Source: an uncultured delta proteobacterium (GTDB lineage: Bacteria > Desulfobacterota > Syntrophobacteria > BM002). From it: DNA of 64,000 nucleotides. A model generated the notes under the pieces. It was not told the DNA's origin. It worked only from the letters and a program-made list of their open reading frames with translations, and made no database searches. Made by a program: the position numbers and the translations under genes. Of the stretch, positions 63,492 to 64,000 are shown piece by piece; the first letter of the stretch is position 1, and each line of letters begins with the position of its first letter. The stretch is taken from positions 1 to 64,000 of the forward strand of contig CAVQGX010000017.1 of assembly GCA_963712115.1 (NCBI GenBank). The letters run 5' to 3'.

Positions 63492-63746
63492 CTACACTAC
63501 GAAGATCAGCAGCAAAGCCACGACCAGTGAGTAGATCCCGGTGGACTCCGCCACCGCCTGCCCCACTAGCATGGTTCTGGTTAACAAACCGGCCTCCCTC
63601 GGGTTCCTGCCGATCGCCTCACATGCTTTTCCAGCTACGATTCCCTCGCCCAATCCTGGACCGAATGCTCCGATACCCATGGCAATACCGGCTCCGAGCA
63701 TAGCTGCGGCCCTGACAATGTCTGCTCCGCTAATTTCCACTGCCAT
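63492..63746 (-). CDS. atpE: ATP synthase c subunit, single hairpin, Na+-type motifs
   Basis: GPGLGEG, RNP and AESTGIY motifs. Confidence 0.95.
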   Translation of the reverse strand: MAVEISGADIVRAAAMLGAGIAMGIGAFGPGLGEGIVAGKACEAIGRNPREAGLLTRTMLVGQAVAESTGIYSLVVALLLIFVV

Positions 63747-63780
63747 TCTAGGTTCCTCCTCTTAGTAAGTTTTTCCCATA

Positions 63781-64000
63781 TCACCTGATCTGCACCGAGA
63801 TATAGACCAAGGTGAGCATGGTGAAGACAAAAGCCTGCACTGTCCCCACAAACAAGCCAAAAAAGCCATACAAGAAAGGCGGCAAGAGCAGGCCATAAAC
63901 CAGGTGGGTAACCACTATAATGATGATGCTGCCGCCCATGATGTTGCCAAACAAACGAAAGGAAATGGATATAACCTTGGCTATTTCGCCGACCACGTTC
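63781..64000 (-). CDS. atpB: ATP synthase Fo subunit a (3-prime part; runs off the window)
   Basis: SISFRLFGNI and QAFVFTMLT.VY motifs. Confidence 0.93.
   Translation of the reverse strand, partial: NVVGEIAKVISISFRLFGNIMGGSIIIIVVTHLVYGLLLPPFLYGFFGLFVGTVQAFVFTMLTLVYISVQIR

Overview
Chromosomal window from a bacterium whose gene order and proteins resemble Desulfobacterota (Deltaproteobacteria); the taxonomy is inferred, not searched. Left to right it holds: a small accessory patch beyond tRNA-Leu(GAG); a long minus-strand run (secG, tpiA, gap, a second atypical GAPDH, a 1.4-kaa PPDK-like protein, truncated rimI, PTS IIA, rapZ, ptsN, hpf, rpoN, lptBAC, kdsC, kdsA, pyrG); a plus-strand organic-acid uptake and activation cluster; an amidoligase with two class-II GATases; purQL; an arsR-permease cassette bracketed by two ~190-nt rod hairpins; htpX and purA; an aroF-pheA fusion behind an unannotated Phe-rich leader-peptide attenuator; radC, amrS, ilvD, a CoA-activase pair, rne and a LOG-family gene; and the end of a Na+-type Fo cluster with single- and double-hairpin c subunits. 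Many intergenic gaps contain degenerate heptamer-based palindromes, some nested. No CRISPR array, rRNA, integrase or transposase was seen. The best candidates for an undescribed system are (1) the amidoligase with an intact and a degenerate GATase and (2) the acceptor-less giant dikinase beside the atypical GAPDH. All product calls come from motif recognition only; no database search was run.
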